Of a stretch of DNA of 64,000 nucleotides, positions 1 through 21,754 are shown piece after piece. Every line of letters begins with the position of its first letter. The first letter of the stretch is position 1. The notes below the pieces were generated by a model. The model made no database searches and was not told the DNA's origin. It saw only the letters and a list, made by a program, of their open reading frames with translations. The position numbers and the translations under genes were made by a program. Origin of the DNA: the human T2T-CHM13v2.0 reference genome, Homo sapiens; the NCBI RefSeq assembly GCF_009914755.1, contig NC_060929.1, one strand, 5' to 3'.

Positions 1-1389
1 TAAATATAAACTTCCAAATTTCTAAGGGAGTATATACAAATATACATTTGTCACAGGTCATGAAGAACAATAATGTGTTCATTAATTTAAGTAATCATTT
101 CCTAAATATCAATTATTTATAAAGCAGTAAAAAGACAGTAAAGATACATGTTGCAAAGCATCATGTAATTTGATATAAGATTAAAAAGTAGGATTAAAAT
201 ATAATAGTAAAGCAGGAAAGACTGTGAAAATATTTGCCTGAACACAGCAATTCAGAATACTTGCACTACTAACAAAGAAATATTAGATTTATCTTTCTTT
301 CTTTAAGTTACTTTTAGTTATTGGTTACCACATATAGTGCCATGTTTTAAAAACATTTTGAATACTTGTCTTAAACAGTGAGTGGTGTTATCTTCGTGAA
401 GCTGTCAGATTTATTAGCTCTGGAAATATGTGTCTTTACCCAAAGCCAAAGAAGTAGTTGAGAATATTTTTATGTTCTTTTGGTGAAAAATAAACTGTGT
501 TTTGATTAGTATAATCTTTGTTTATTTATATTGCGTAACTACAATGTTATGATATTAAAAGAAATAGCCTTTAAGGGAGAAAGTATATATTCTTTATTTC
601 ATTTTAAAATTCCATTAGTATTTCAGAGTAAGAAAACTTCTGAAATCGATATTTTGTATTTTTACACATTTACTAATGTTATATATTTGTCTTATTGTCA
701 TATATATGGAGTAGTAACTGTTGATTTGGATAATTCTGTAACCATTAAAAGTACATGTACCTAACACCTTTTCAGTTGGCATCAATAATATAAAACAATA
801 CGAAAGTCAAAGACTAAAAATGCCTCACCATGACCTAATTGTATGCTCTTACACTTCAGTTTTGGTTAATCACATCACTGTATTTGGTAAGAGAAAAAAT
901 AATGATAATAATCTCTTTTCAGCATATTCTAATATTTATTTGCTAGCATTTCAAGAGGTTGCATAACTTATCATTTGTTAATTGATATTCTAAGTGATAA
1001 TTCAAAAGAATTTCAAGAGGCAAAAACATATTCAGACTCTTAATATTCAACTTGATTTTCTATATTAATAAAATGCAGTTGGACTTTGGGTTAGTGAATT
1101 TTACACATTTTATTACAAAGCAAACACCTCCTGATTCCACTCCAAAATGTTTAACTGAAAAGAGTAAATGTTAGGAGCTAGGGCTGGCTAAAATTGCACC
1201 TTTCTACAAGGATAATTTAACTATCATGATCTTAGTTTCCAAGAGAAAAAAATCAGGGCACTGAAAGATGAAGATGTTGCTTTTTGGCTTAGGATCCAAA
1301 AGTCCAGTATACAAATGCCCTTATTACACTAAGCTTGAAAATATCAAGAAAACCAAATAAAGAGAAAAGAAAATGTATAAACAATATAG

Positions 1390-2285
1390 ACATTCACTTA
1401 TCATGTAAGCGTTGTTTACTATTTCACACACACCATGTCAGGCATTGGGGCTCCAACTCTGAGTAAAGCAGACATGGTGTTAGAGAATCAAATATTTTAG
1501 AAACAGATAGCTGTGGGATTTCATGTAATTCCACAAATGAAGGATACACTAAAATCTGAATGCAAAGTAGAAATTAGCAGAGGAAAGAAGGAAGCAAGAT
1601 GGTTTCTAGAGGGAGAAGAACATGCAAAACCAGAGACAAAAACAAGGATCTCACGCTGGCAAGATGAATCACAATAACAACTCTGAAGGCAAGAGGATTG
1701 GTGCTAAGAGTGAAACTAAAGAAGCAGGCAGAGAAAAGCTTTGGAATTTCTATGTTCAATTTTGGATTTTATCCTAAAGGTAAGAGAGCATCATGGAATT
1801 ATTTTAGGTATGGAAATATGCATTCCAATTTAAAATTTAAAGTTAGCACTCTGGCTGTTATTGTTGATATATGTATGATAAGATTGGGTTGGAGAATAAA
1901 ATAGAGCGAGGTAGAAAATTTGGGAAGCTCATGCAGAAATTTTAAAAAGTGATATTTTTCTGACATAGGATAAAATGTGAAAAGGGCTCAGATTTGAGAG
2001 ACTTATAGATTGTTAGGTTAAAAAGATTTGATAAGTTACTGTAAAGGAACTGAGAGAGAAAGAGAGTCTAATACATTCCCAGGTTTGAGGCTTTGGGCTT
2101 TTGGGTAGATTATGATGCCATTTACCAGACAAAAAAAAATTATAACTTTAAAACTTGGAAAAAAGTTTTAAAGTTTGAAGAGGAGCAGAAGATAGTATAC
2201 ATGTGGATCTTTTACTTTTGAGTGCAGAATCATGAGTCATGCATGTTGAAGTAAGCAGTATGTATACATTTTAATGAAATCTAGG
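1390..2285 (-). mobile_element. Ancient LINE-2 fragment (left part; continues at about 4380-4870)
   Basis: Degenerate L2 3'-end-like text (ttcacttatc...atgtcaggcattgggg...agtaaagcagacatgg) and typical L2 motifs (ggattttatcctaaagg, cactctggctg, attcccaggtttgaggcttgggc). Boundaries approximate. Confidence 0.6.
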
Positions 2286-2289
2286 AGAT

Positions 2290-2403
2290 GAGTTAATGAA
2301 CAAGGCTTTGGACTCAGACTTCCTGTCAGAGTTCAGCTCTTTTCTAGCTGCTTTCTGAGTTAATTTCCATAATTTTCCTGTACTGCTGCTTTCTCCTTTT
2401 AAA
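2290..2403 (+). mobile_element. MIR SINE, 5' part
   Basis: aaggctttggactcagacttcctg...ctagctg...tttctccttttaaaa resembles the MIR 5'/core region. Confidence 0.55.
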
Positions 2404-2413
2404 AACAAATACT

Positions 2414-3351
<938 letters not shown>

Positions 3352-3360
3352 ACTGAAACA

Positions 3361-4265
3361 TCCTTTTTGAGAAAACATCAAATAATAAACCATGCTGGCA
3401 GGGGCCTTAGAATGAGAGACTGGGCCGGCTTTCACTGAGGCTTTGACTGGACTCTGGGGCTAGGATCATGGTGGTGGTCTAGCCCGGGTAGAGGCAATGC
3501 CAAGAACAAAGAGTGGCTCCTGGTCACCATCGTGGGCTGCCTGGTCAAGGACATGAAGAGCAAGTCTTTGGAGGTTATCTATCTCTTCTCTCTGCTCATC
3601 AAGAAGTCTGAGGTCATTGACTCTTTTCCGGTGGCATCCGTTAAGGATGAGGTTTTAAAGATTATGTCCTGCAAAAGTAGATTCTCATTGGCCAGTAGAC
3701 CAGGTTCAAAGCATTTGTTGCCATTGGAGACTATAATGGCCACATTGACCTTTGTGTTCAGTGATCCATGGAGGTACCACCCCTCTCCATAAAGCCATTA
3801 TCCTGCCTAGGGTCTCCATTATCCCCTTGTGACAAGGTTATTACTGGGAGAACAAGAACAGCAAGCCCACTCCCCACCTCCACCTCCTTGCTAGGTGACC
3901 AGCTGCTATTCTGCTTCTCTGGTGGACCCCATCCTTGCCTCTGGGGGAATTAGTATCATCTAAGGCCTATACCCAGAAGCTGCTGCTGATAATCTCTATG
4001 GTTGACTGCTACATCTTGGCCAGGAGCTGCACTGGTCACCATGGACAACTCCATCAAGGCCACCTTTGATGACATCTCGAAGACCTAGAGTTATCTCACT
4101 ATCCAACCCACGGAAGGAGACCATATTCACTAAGTCTCCCTGTCAGGAATTAACTGCCTGTATTGTAAAGACCAACACCAGAGTCTCCAGGCCAAAGAAC
4201 CTAGTCAGGTTCTAGCTGTAGCCGCCTTGTAGCACTTTTATACAAAAATAAATAAATAAATAAAT
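3361..4265 (+). pseudogene. RPS2P: Processed pseudogene of 40S ribosomal protein S2 (RPS2/uS5)
   Basis: Intronless match to RPS2 mRNA from the pyrimidine-rich 5' end to the stop (tag 4230-4232) and an A-rich tail. Peptide [39 protein letters not shown] vs RPS2 [39 protein letters not shown]; also accaggttcaaagcatttgttgcc and aaggccacctttgat. ATG lost, multiple frameshifts. Pseudogene number not known. Confidence 0.95.
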
Positions 4266-4279
4266 AATGAAATAATGAA

Positions 4280-4372
4280 ATAATGAGAATTACTTCAAAA
4301 AGTTGTTTGAAACTTAACTGAGAAATAAATGTGATGTCAAGCACAATGTGTCAAAACAAATCAGTACATATT
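4280..4372 (+). mobile_element. MIR SINE, 3' part (continuation of 2290-2403)
   Basis: aatgagaattacttcaaaaagttgtttgaaacttaactgagaaataaatgtgatgtcaagcacaatgtg resembles the MIR core/3' end. Confidence 0.55.
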
Positions 4373-4379
4373 TATTTTA

Positions 4380-4870
4380 TAGATTTTTTAGAAGCTCTAT
4401 GATGAGATTATGAAGCTAGAAGTTAAAGTTTTATTATTAAGAGCAAAAATGATATTATTTAAGTTATGAGAATGAAGTAGATCACATAGAAAAAGCTGAG
4501 AATGAGGTTTTTAGGAAGATTATCACAAAACCGGGACGAATATTATTTTAGTGGCATTTTTGAAGTGTGATATCATGGAATCCAAGAAAAAGGAACATTT
4601 TGAAAAGACAATGATGTGGAGAATCAAATGCCACTAACAGTTAATGCTAAAAAATGAGGATTGTCCTTACTGTAGCAATAGGGATTTTTTCAATATAGAG
4701 AGAAAACCTGAGTAGCGAGTGGTAAGAAGGGGACAGAAAGTGCAAATACAGACAATTCTTTGGAGAAGTTTGTGTTTGAAGAAAAAATAAGAGATAGATT
4801 GCAGGGGAGCTAAAAAAGGAAGTAGTACATTTAGTAGGAGAAAATAAAGTCAATGTTATTAACTTAAAAT
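4380..4870 (-). mobile_element. Ancient LINE-2 fragment (right part)
   Basis: L2-like motifs gtgtgatatcatggaatccaagaaaaaggaacatttt, tcaaatgcc, acagacaattctttggagaagttt. Confidence 0.6.
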
Positions 4871-5570
4871 AATACATCATGTTTCCAATAGTTTTTTAAT
4901 ATTTAAAATTATTTTCTAAATTATACAAATGATCAAAGAATCATTCATTCTTGTTTAATGTTATATACATAATAGATTACTTTAGGTCAAGGTTTTCTAA
5001 ATTGGAGTTTTGGGATCCTCCCAACATGTATTTGATGACAGATAGTCGTTGTCAAATAAAATTTGTTTACAACCTTGAAAACATAATTTGGGATTTTTTA
5101 ACCTAGGCAATTCAAAATAATGAATTTCATTTTCTTTACATTTTCTTGGCTTACTGATCATTTAAATTTCTGATATTGACATTTGCCAGATCAAAATTTT
5201 TGCCCAAATTTAGAATCTTATCTTTCTTATTATTTGTAGATATTCTGTTTATAGTCTGATAATATTTATAATTTATTTATAATAAAAAATCTATTTTTCC
5301 AAAGTCATGGTTGATTTTTAAATGTTATATGTTGCCTTTATGTAATTTCAATTTTACCTAATTTAATGTAAAGTTTTTTCTTCTGCTTCTTTGTCTGTAT
5401 GATAAAGGCACTTTTCTGTTTTTTTTTTAAATATGTTCTGTAGATATCAATTACGAACATCAATCTTTTGACCTAAAAGTGTCATGAAATAAAATGCTTC
5501 CAACTTTAAAAATAAAAATCTAAAAGTTTGAGAATTAAAAGAAGTAAACAACAAAGATTCTAGTTGTTCT

Positions 5571-11623
<6,053 letters not shown>

Positions 11624-13109
11624 TAGTTTGTCTTTTTTATAACTCCCAATTTCTGTCAGTCCACTAATCTGTTCATTAAGCTCCTTTTCACCTTGTTTTA
11701 TATTCTTGACTCATTATTTGTGATATTTAAGACATTTATTTTAAATTTTCAATGCTTGTTTCTGTAACCTTTGTTATTTATTGGGTCCTTTAATCTGTAA
11801 ATATGATGATCAACTACTCATCTTTGTCAATAGCCACTCTTCAAATTAGAACCTTTCATGTGATTTCTGGCTATGGAATCCACTTTTCCCACTAAAATTA
11901 TGAGTATGTCTATAGATTTTCCAGTCTTTGTCTCTGGCCCTGTACTAGATTTCTTCGTCGTATCGGTACAGATCCATTTGAAAGTCAATGAGAATGAAGA
12001 AATAGACTATCTCTTAACTGACAAATGGTTATTGAACTTTATTGGTGTATGTGCTAAATACCAAGTTAAATATTCTCTGTGGTCAGTCTCCTGGGGAAAG
12101 AGAAATATATATGTATGAGTCTCTGCCATAAATAAGCTCAATAAATTTATGATGCATGAGATATATGCAAGAATATTTACAATACAAGGTATGTTAGAAA
12201 TAAAACTGTGAAAGTTTATAGAAAGCAAAAAATGCGATAACTGCAGGACCACAAAAGGTTCATTTTTCATCCAAGACCAAAGTAGGTGAATCAAAAGCAG
12301 GGAAAGGAAAGAAAATGTTTTACAAGTGCACTGAAGCACAGCTGTAGACAAATGGGAAGGAGCAGCGGCTGATAGACCAGTCTGACAAAGAGCTACAGGG
12401 GCAAAAGCTTTAGGCCCACTCTAAATCTAAGAAAATAGCAAAGAACAACAAGTTCTGAAAATAGTGACTAAAGTTCTGCATTTAAAAAGCCTGAATGTGC
12501 TCACAGAGAGGTGAAGGTTGTTGTATTTGTTTCTGTCATACATACATAGTAATTGATGTCTCTCAATTACCTGATATTTGAAAATATACAATATATATTC
12601 ATGGTTATAGACATTTACACAGGTATCTATTCTGTAAAAGCAATATATTAAGAGTAATATGCACATTTGAAGATAGCGTATGTAATCAAAAAGAACATAA
12701 AATGTTCAACCTTTCAATATGGCCTCGGTTTAGTTTTTAGTGAAATTTAAGAGCTCTAACTTAATTAGAATAGCAAATCAATAAGTCATCTTTGGATATT
12801 ATCATGATTCATCTCTTAAATCTTATCAGTGAGACAACATGAAAAATGTTGTCCTCGATTCTGCTGACCTCGATTCTTAACTGATTTCCACCATCATTAC
12901 TTATTTTGGAGAAGGAATTCACTATGGATCTGGATTGAAGAAAACAAGCAAGTAAGCAAGGTATGAATAAACATAAAATATATATGTAATTGTCTAGACT
13001 GGAAAAAAGTTTTATCCTGATAGAACTCAGGTAGGAAAAATGTATTAACCTCAAAACAACAAAAATATTATATTATTATATGATAATTACTAAATAATAA
13101 TAATTAATT

Positions 13110-14285
13110 ATTTGGGTTTGGTTTGTTCTTGTTTCTCTAACTCCTTGAGGTGTGACCTTAGATTGTCTGTTTGTGCTCTTTCAGACTTTCTGATGTAGGC
13201 ATTTAATGCTATAAACTTTCTTCTTAGCACAGCTTTTGCTGTCTCCCAGAGGTTTTGATAGGTTGTGTCACTGTTACCATTCAGTTTGAAGAATATTTTA
13301 ATTTCCATCTTGACTTCATTGTTGACCCAAAGATCATTCAGGAGCAAGTTATTTAATTTCCATTTGTTTTCATGGTTTTGAGTGTTCCTTTTGGAAAATT
13401 GATTTCCAATTTTATTTTACTGTGGTCTGAGAGAGTACTTGCTATAATTTTAATTTTCTTAAATTTTTGACACTTGTTTTGTGACCTACCATATTGTGTC
13501 TCTTGGAAAATGTTCCATATACTGATGAATACAATTTATATGCTGCAGTTGTTGGGTAGAATGTTCTGTAAATATCTGTTAATTCCATTTGTTGTAGGGT
13601 ATAGTTTAAGTTGATTGTTTGTTAACTTTCTGTCTTGATGACCTATCTGGTACTGTCAGTAGAGTATCCTCCAATATAGAGTACTGAATCCTCCACCATT
13701 ATTGTATTGCCATCTATCTCATTTCTTAGGTCTAGTTGTAGTTATTTTATATATTTTGGAGTTTCAGTGTTAGCTGCATATATATTTAGGATTGTGATAT
13801 TTTCCTGTTGGACTAGTACTTTTTTCATTACAGAATGTCCTTCTTGGTTTTTGTCTTTTTTAACTGTTGTTGCTTCAAAGTCTGTTTTGTCTGATGTAAG
13901 AATAGCTACTCCGGCTCCCTTTTGGTGTCTATTTGCATGGAATATCTTTTTCCACCTCTTCACCTTGAATTTATGTGAGTCCTTATGTATTAGGTGAGTC
14001 TCTTGAAGACAGCAGATACTTGGTTGGTGAATTCTTATCCATTCTGCCTTTCTGTATCTTTTAAGTGAGAATTTAGGCCATTTGAAGTCAATGTTAGTGT
14101 TGAGATGTGAGGTATTATTCTATTCATTGTGCTAGTTTTTGCCTGAATACCTTGTTTTTTTCCATTGTGTTGTTTTATACACCATGTGAAATTTATGCTT
14201 TAAAGAGGTTCTCCTTTGGTGTATTTTGAGGTTTTGTTTCAATATTTAGAACTCTCTTTGGCATTTCTTGTAATGCTGGTTTGAA
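13110..14285 (-). mobile_element. L1 internal fragment (L1PB-like), ORF2 endonuclease region
   Basis: ORFs 13108-13347 ([28 protein letters not shown]) and 13742-13963 (WKKIFHANRHQKGAGVAILTSDKTDF...ITILNIYA). Confidence 0.9.
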
Positions 14286-14289
14286 TCTT

Positions 14290-14400
14290 GATAATGGCCT
14301 TATAAGGAAGGTGCTATTATTTCACTGTTTAGTAGACACTGAAACTAAATCTTAGTGAAAATCAGCAATCTTTGTAAGATCACACAGTTTGTGACGGTGT
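14290..14400 (-). mobile_element. MIR fragment
   Basis: ccttataaggaaggtgctattatttcactgttt...actgaaact...gtaagatcacacagtt resembles the MIR core in reverse. Confidence 0.5.
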
Positions 14401-15489
14401 CTATATATCTTATCTTTGGAGTTATCTGCTTTCTAGGCCAAAGGCCTGGAAAAAGGGAATCCCAACAAGGACCTAGCAGGGAATCCCAAACTCTCACCCC
14501 AAACTCAGAGGATGGTCTGATTTATCATCAGCAATGGTGGCAGAGAAGCCCCTAATCCTTTCAGCTCATGCTCCATAAATGTGCCCTGGTAGGTTGTATG
14601 ATCTCTTTGCAATGGCAGCAGCAAAGAACCAAGCCATTCCAACTTCCATTTGGCAACTTGGCCTAGAGGTCTGGCTGCTTGCAGTATCAAGTACCGGCAC
14701 CAGCAAAGCTCTAACTGTCCCAGTGCCTGCTGCTCCACAGCTGGGTCACTTGCAAGTGATCTGATTCCCAAGCAGCAGCCCTGAACAGTAGCAACAGTAA
14801 AGCCCCTAGCTATTCTAGCCCCTGGTCCAAAGCCAGAAACAGGGACAGGAGAATCAGAGGTAAGGAAAGAAACAGTGTTCCCATAAATTAAACTCACAGT
14901 TTTAGCAACAGCAAAACTTCATGTCTTTCTAATCTACACCCAATGGCTTAAGGAGACCCAGGCCCAGTGGCTTCTGTCTCACCTACCCCAGGAAGGTCAC
15001 CTAACAACAGAAAAGCCTAGGGAAGCAATTTCTGCCCTCACAGATGGAACCAGCAGGGATCTAATAAGAATCCCATCAGCACCAAAAGATTGAAATGGAC
15101 TAGAATATTATTGTAAGAGCTCTGAAAAATTAATTGTCATTGGGGGTAAAACCCACAAAGATTGGCCAGAATCTATAAACTAAACCTAAACATGATGATT
15201 GCTTGTTAAAGAATGTAGCTGGATTTAAGATTTAGATAGAGTGAAGAGTCTCTCACCTTAATTACCAGAATGTTCACCTGCTCATACAAAGAACTGAGAA
15301 AACCATAATTTAAAACAGAAGACAACCAACAGATGCCAATACCAAGATAAATAAGATGTTGGAACTATCTAACAAGAATTTTAAGCAACTACCTTAAAAT
15401 GCTTCAATGATCAATTATAAATTCTCTTGAAACAAATTTAGAAATTAGAAAATGTAAGCAAATAAATAGTTGTAAAAAATACTAAATGG

Positions 15490-15815
15490 CTGAGTTAAAT
15501 AAGATAGGCACAGAAAGACAAATACTGCATAATGTCACTTGAATATGAAATGTATAAAAGTAGAACTCATAGAAGTAGAAAGTAGAATAGTGGTCACCAG
15601 AAGCTAGAAGAGCAGATAATGGGGAGGTGGTAAAAGGGTACAAAATTAGTTATGTGAAATAATTATTTTTTCAGTTTATTGCATAAAAATAATAAGTTTA
15701 TGAGGTGATTGATATTTTAATTTGACTTAATCATGTAACAATGTATACATATATCAAAACATCATATTGTACCCAATAAATATATACATTTTTATTTGCC
15801 AATTTAAAAGAAATG
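15490..15815 (+). mobile_element. L1MA (about L1MA6-9) 3' end fragment nested in L1MD
   Basis: ggcacagaaagacaaatactgcat...gtagaactcatagaagtagaaagtagaatagtgg...aatgtatacatatatcaaaacatcatattgtaccc. Confidence 0.75.
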
Positions 15816-16261
15816 AACAAGAACTAAGTGGAAATAAAATAACTAAATACAATAACTGAATTTAAACATTCACTGTACAAATATATGAGTTTATTAATGT
15901 CACAGGATATAAGGTAAACACACGAAAATCAGTTGCATTCCTATATGATAAACAACAAAAAAATCTAAATTTTAAAAAAGTGTGATACCATTTACAATGG
16001 CTCCAAGGAAAACTTTTATAGAAATCTAAACATGGGCATTATCTGTATGATGAAATTACAAAATGCAATGAACAAAATTAGTGAAGATCTACATAAATGT
16101 AGATAAATGCAATGCTCACTGACTAGAAGATTCAACAGAACAAAGAAATTGATTCATTTGAAATCATCAATGGGTTCAATGCAATCCCTATCAAAATATC
16201 AGAAAGAATTTTTGTAGACATAGACAAGCTTATTCAATACTTTATATCAAGAGCAATAACA

Positions 16262-16790
<529 letters not shown>

Positions 16791-17489
16791 TCAACCAAAA
16801 GCAATCCAAGGGAAACAAAATAGCCTTTTTGATAAATGGTGGTGAACTGGACATGAACAGTTAAAACTAAACTTTTCCATAACCTCATATCTTATTTAAA
16901 AAGTTAACTCAAAATAAGTCCTTAGTACCCAAATACATAAAACGTCTAGAAAAAGTACAGGAAAACCTTCTTTACTTAGGAGTAGGCAAGAGCTCTTAGA
17001 ATTGACACCAAAGCATGGTTTATAAAAGAACAAATTGATCATTTAGATTTCATGAAAATTTAAAACTTTCGATCTACAAAATACCCTGTTAAGAGGATAA
17101 AAAGTCAAAGACTGAAAGATCGTATTTGCAAACCACATATCTGACAAATTATTTGTACCTGGAATATATTTAAAAACTCAAATCTCTAATAATTTTAAAA
17201 AGCAATCCAATGGAAGATGGGCACAAAACATGCACATATATTTCAGCAAAAAGATATACAGTTGTTAAGTAAACTTATGAAAACATGTTCAGTGTCTTTC
17301 ACTATTACAGAAATGCAAGTTAAACCGCAATGAGATATCATTGTATACCTATCAGAATGACTAAAATTAAAGTAAATTAAAAATGGTGATAATAATGTTG
17401 GTGAAGATCACTAATATATAGCTTATGGGAAAGTAAAATGGTTAAGCCACTCTGGCAGTTCTTTTAAAACTACAAATAAACATCCCATA

Positions 17490-17783
17490 TGTATTATTCA
17501 GGATTCTCTAGAGAAAGGGGACCAATAGGATATATTGGCAGGAGCTGATGTGGTAGTCTTAACATAGAATTTCTCTATTTCTGGGAAACCTGTTTTTGGA
17601 CTTAAGGCCTTCAACTGATCTGAAGAGACAACCTACATTAATTGAGGCCAATCTCCATTACTCAAAATCGACTGAATGTTGATGTTAACATCTATATATC
17701 TTCACAGCAACACTTCGATTAGTATTTAATTAAATTATGGGTATGATACCTAGCCAAATTGATACATGAAAATAATCACCGTA
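17490..17783 (-). mobile_element. MLT2 (ERVL) solo LTR, internally deleted
   Basis: Ends tgtattattcaggattctctagag and ccaaattgatacatgaaaataatcacc match MLT2 termini in reverse. Perfect 5-bp TSD ccata at 17485-17489 and 17784-17788. Confidence 0.85.
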
Positions 17784-20700
17784 CCATATGGCCCAGCAAT
17801 TGCATTTTTACACATATGTCAGTTAAATGAAAAATTATTTCCCCAAAACACTTGTACACTAATATTCAAGGCACTCAATTTGTCATACACAAAATCAAGA
17901 AACTACCAAAATATCCTTCAATGGATGAATGGCTAAATAAACTGTGAAACATCTATATCATGAAATACTACTTATCAAAAATTATTATTTTGATGATATT
18001 AATATAAGCAACCACTTGAAGAAATCTCAAAGAAGGAATGCTGAGTGAAAAAAGGCCAACCTCAAAAAGATACATTCATCTTTATTTGTAGAAGATTCAT
18101 GAAATAACAGTTATAGAAATGGAGAACAGATTGTTGGGTTCTACAGGCTAGGGATTAGGGAACTGTGGATGTTACTATTAAAGGGGTACCCCAAGGAAGT
18201 TTGTAGTGATGGTTTAGTTAAGTACCTCGATTATGGTGGTGGTTACACAAAGCTACACATGACAAAATTGTGTAGATACATACACACACACACACACACG
18301 AGAAGAGTGTAAAGGTAACTGGTGGAATGTGCATAAACTGTGTGGATTACACCCATGTCGATTTTCTGTTTTTGATATCTTACTAGAGTTATGCAAGACG
18401 TTAACTCTTGGAGAACCTAGCTAAAGGGTACATAGGGCCTCTCTGTGTATTTATTTCTATCTTACTGTGAATCAATTACTATTTCAAAATAATATTGTTT
18501 TAAAGTGAATACAGAATAATAAGTACTAACTTAATACGCACAAAAGATCTACAGCTGTTCCTTACCAGGTTGTTTCATCTGTGTTGTTTACCTATATGAT
18601 ACATAAGCTTCAAAACATTTTGTTTAAATAAGAAATCTAGCATTCCACAGTAGATGTAAAAATTCCCTCTCAAGGAAAGACGATACACATAAGTAGGGAG
18701 TGAGATTAGCAGATAGCCTCCAACTGTGAGTTTTTTCAGCATAGGCATCAACTGCAAAGAATTGCTTTTTCAGAAGTCTCACTTCATCCAAGAAAGGCTT
18801 CATCCACTGACTAAGTGAGGAAGGGATATAAAGGCTGGCCATATTGAATACTATTCTAATGAGAGCTCCTTGCAGGCTGCATGAGAGTTTACTGGGCCTG
18901 CATCGCTTCTTTTCACAAGTGTTCCTGCCTAATAAGCATCCTACCCTCCCCACCCCAAAAGAAAATACGTGAGCATGATGCACTGGATGTTTAAATTAGG
19001 GCAAATACACCTGACAAAAAATTGTGTAGCTACCTAAAGGTATGTTTTTAAAAAAGTAATTACTCGATTAATATTTATTTTATAATGCTAAATAAAATTA
19101 CTATAAACATCGTAAGATTACTGATATTAAGTATATGTACACCAAGAAAATAAATACACAATTATATAAATAACACCTATTTCTAAATAGTAATGTATTA
19201 TTTGCATTCTAGATTCTATATTTTATGAAACTTTATCCCTTTTTTATACTAATCATAAATTGTTCTTTTAATTAGAAAAAAATGGAGTAAATACTATATA
19301 ACCAAAAATGTTTAAAAATGCCAAACTAAGGGGAAAAATTAATTTTCACTGAAACTAAAATTTAACTTAATTGGAATTTAATCTTCTTCTGTGAACTGAG
19401 TTAATTTTATTTCTATTTTTTTCTTTGTATTCAATATTTTTAACAAAAAAATCTTCATAGACAAGTTTAATTGTTGGACTCACAGTGCTTGAAACTAACT
19501 TGGGTAATGATCACATCTAAAAGTAGAAATTATCTTCATTTTAGGGCTGCAATTTGCTACTTTTGAAATAGAAATATTTTATCATAATTGCAGTAAGAAT
19601 GAAGAGATGCTCTAAGTATCAATTTTAGAAAAATTTAGAAACTAACTTTTGGGTCAACTACTCTAAATGGTGGATTATCACCTTTAATGATAGCTTGAAA
19701 TGAAATTCAGTGGTAATTGTAACACATGATTGCCTCATTTGGATTTGCTATGAAAGTTTAAAATTAAAACTGATTATATAGCACAACTATTTTACTGGGT
19801 CATCTGGCTTTATACCGATTTCTAACCTTTTATTCCAGATTTGCATAAATAACAGAGAAAAACAAGTCATGTATGTATAAAATAATTGTATACTTAATTA
19901 TTATTTTTCTTTTTAAAAAAATGACTTTTTTTATATAGAAACCTTTGCTCTGTTCTAAAATGAAAGTATTCTGATGCTTGGAATAAAACATTTACTATAG
20001 ATTAAAACTAAAGAAAGATCTAATAACTCTTTGTATTTAAATGTTAAATGTTATTTCAACTATAGAACTGAGGTTTTTTTAAATATGAAAAATGATGAGA
20101 ATACTTCCTAAAGATGAACTTTATTCTACATGAGCACAACATATCTATTTTTTTCCATGTATCTGTATAGTCTTCATAATTTTCAAACATTTCATGCCTC
20201 TACTCCTTGCTTTCACAGGTTACACATAGCTAAAGGAGAAAAATACACCTTTATAAGAAGTACTGAATGAAAATAATCTTTGTCTTTGAGTGTTTGTTGA
20301 ATAAAATCTAGTTATCTTTCTTTCTGGTAGACCCCTAAGGCATCATTTTTCTCTCCCCATTATTCCTGATGATTCCATGATTCTCTTTCCTTTGCCTGAA
20401 TATATGAAAGTTCAGCTACTGTTTTCTTACCCTTAACATTGGAAAAATTTACTTTGATGGCAGGAAAGGGAAAGCGAACATGTTTCCCAGAGCTCCTTTC
20501 ATTAAGTACATTAAAGGTGACTATTTCAATCCTCTTTGGGTCCAAGTAGGTATTTCTGCCGGATTGGGTCAAAGGACATTCTAGTGGTAACACGTTGTTC
20601 TACATTTAAAAGAATCTATCCCTGCTGATTATAGAATTATTTCCATGACCATGTATAAGACATTGTCACTCATTTCTCACTCAGGGCATTGTTTCTTTTT

Positions 20701-21754
20701 TTGCAGTGTTTTCTCAGATATAAGTAAGAAATATTATTCTAAATTCTTGATCCACTGTTCTAAAGATAACAGTTGATAAAAGCCACTTTAAATATATCTC
20801 ATAGAAGGCATATTTTTATGGTATGATATAGTGAACAAATAGTCTAAGGAGAACTGAAAATGCAGATTATATCCCAGGACTCTCAGTAGGCAACTATTAA
20901 TCTGACTAATAAAACAGTAATACAAATATTCATAATTTTATTATAAAGGAGAAAAACTGCTCTTCAAATATTAAATATTTCATATTTAATCTCATTTAAC
21001 CTGGCAAATAAGCATATTAAAACTCTGATATATTGCCATTTTCACACATAACATAAATAATAAGAGGTAGAATGGATGTTTATCTTAGATAAGTGCTTCT
21101 GAAATTGCTGCCAGTAGACTTTCTGTATCAGAAACTAATGTAGATGATGATTATAAATGGACATCATTAAGTTATTAAATTTTATCATACAGTTACAATC
21201 ATCTGATACTCTAAGGTTAGAAATTCAGATATCTGCATTTCTAATATGTTCATTATATAATCCTAAAGGATATAAAAATTTGAGAAACTTTATGTTAGGC
21301 TTTTTGCCTGCTATCCTTTCTAAAATATACGTAACAATTTTATCAGGATATATAATCTAAACATCTTAAAACAATATCCCATATTCTAACACATAAATTT
21401 ACAAGGTGCTACTAGTATAGTGTTCATTAAATTTTCAATGAATGAATTAAATAACATTGCTTAGATTAGAGATGCCAAATGGATGCCAAATTTGGCAGAT
21501 TGGTAATACCTGCCTGAAGTATTAAAATGACAAAAAAGTTTGAATCCAGATAAAAGGAAAATTTTCTATAGTCTACTAACCTGGACTGCTACAGTCAATG
21601 GGTAGGTAAAAGGCACTATGCTTGCCAAGTAATTTCCAGTCTTGAAATAGCCTGTTATTATTACATCTACCTTGAGGCTTAGCCTGCATGTGGCACTACT
21701 TCTTTTTTTCAGTATAGATTAAATTTTATTAAAATTTCTTTCTTCTCTTAAACT

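Noticed and set aside
14430-15080. Relatively GC-rich island with ORF 14505-14897 as a promoter or exon
   Set aside because: CpG-poor and directly upstream of L1MD ORF1-like sequence; best explained as an old L1 5'UTR.
18540-20600. Possible splice signals in unique sequence (ccttaccag at about 18560; ttgctttcacag at about 20207)
   Set aside because: Isolated splice-like motifs occur by chance. No paired exon or ORF can be supported without transcript data.
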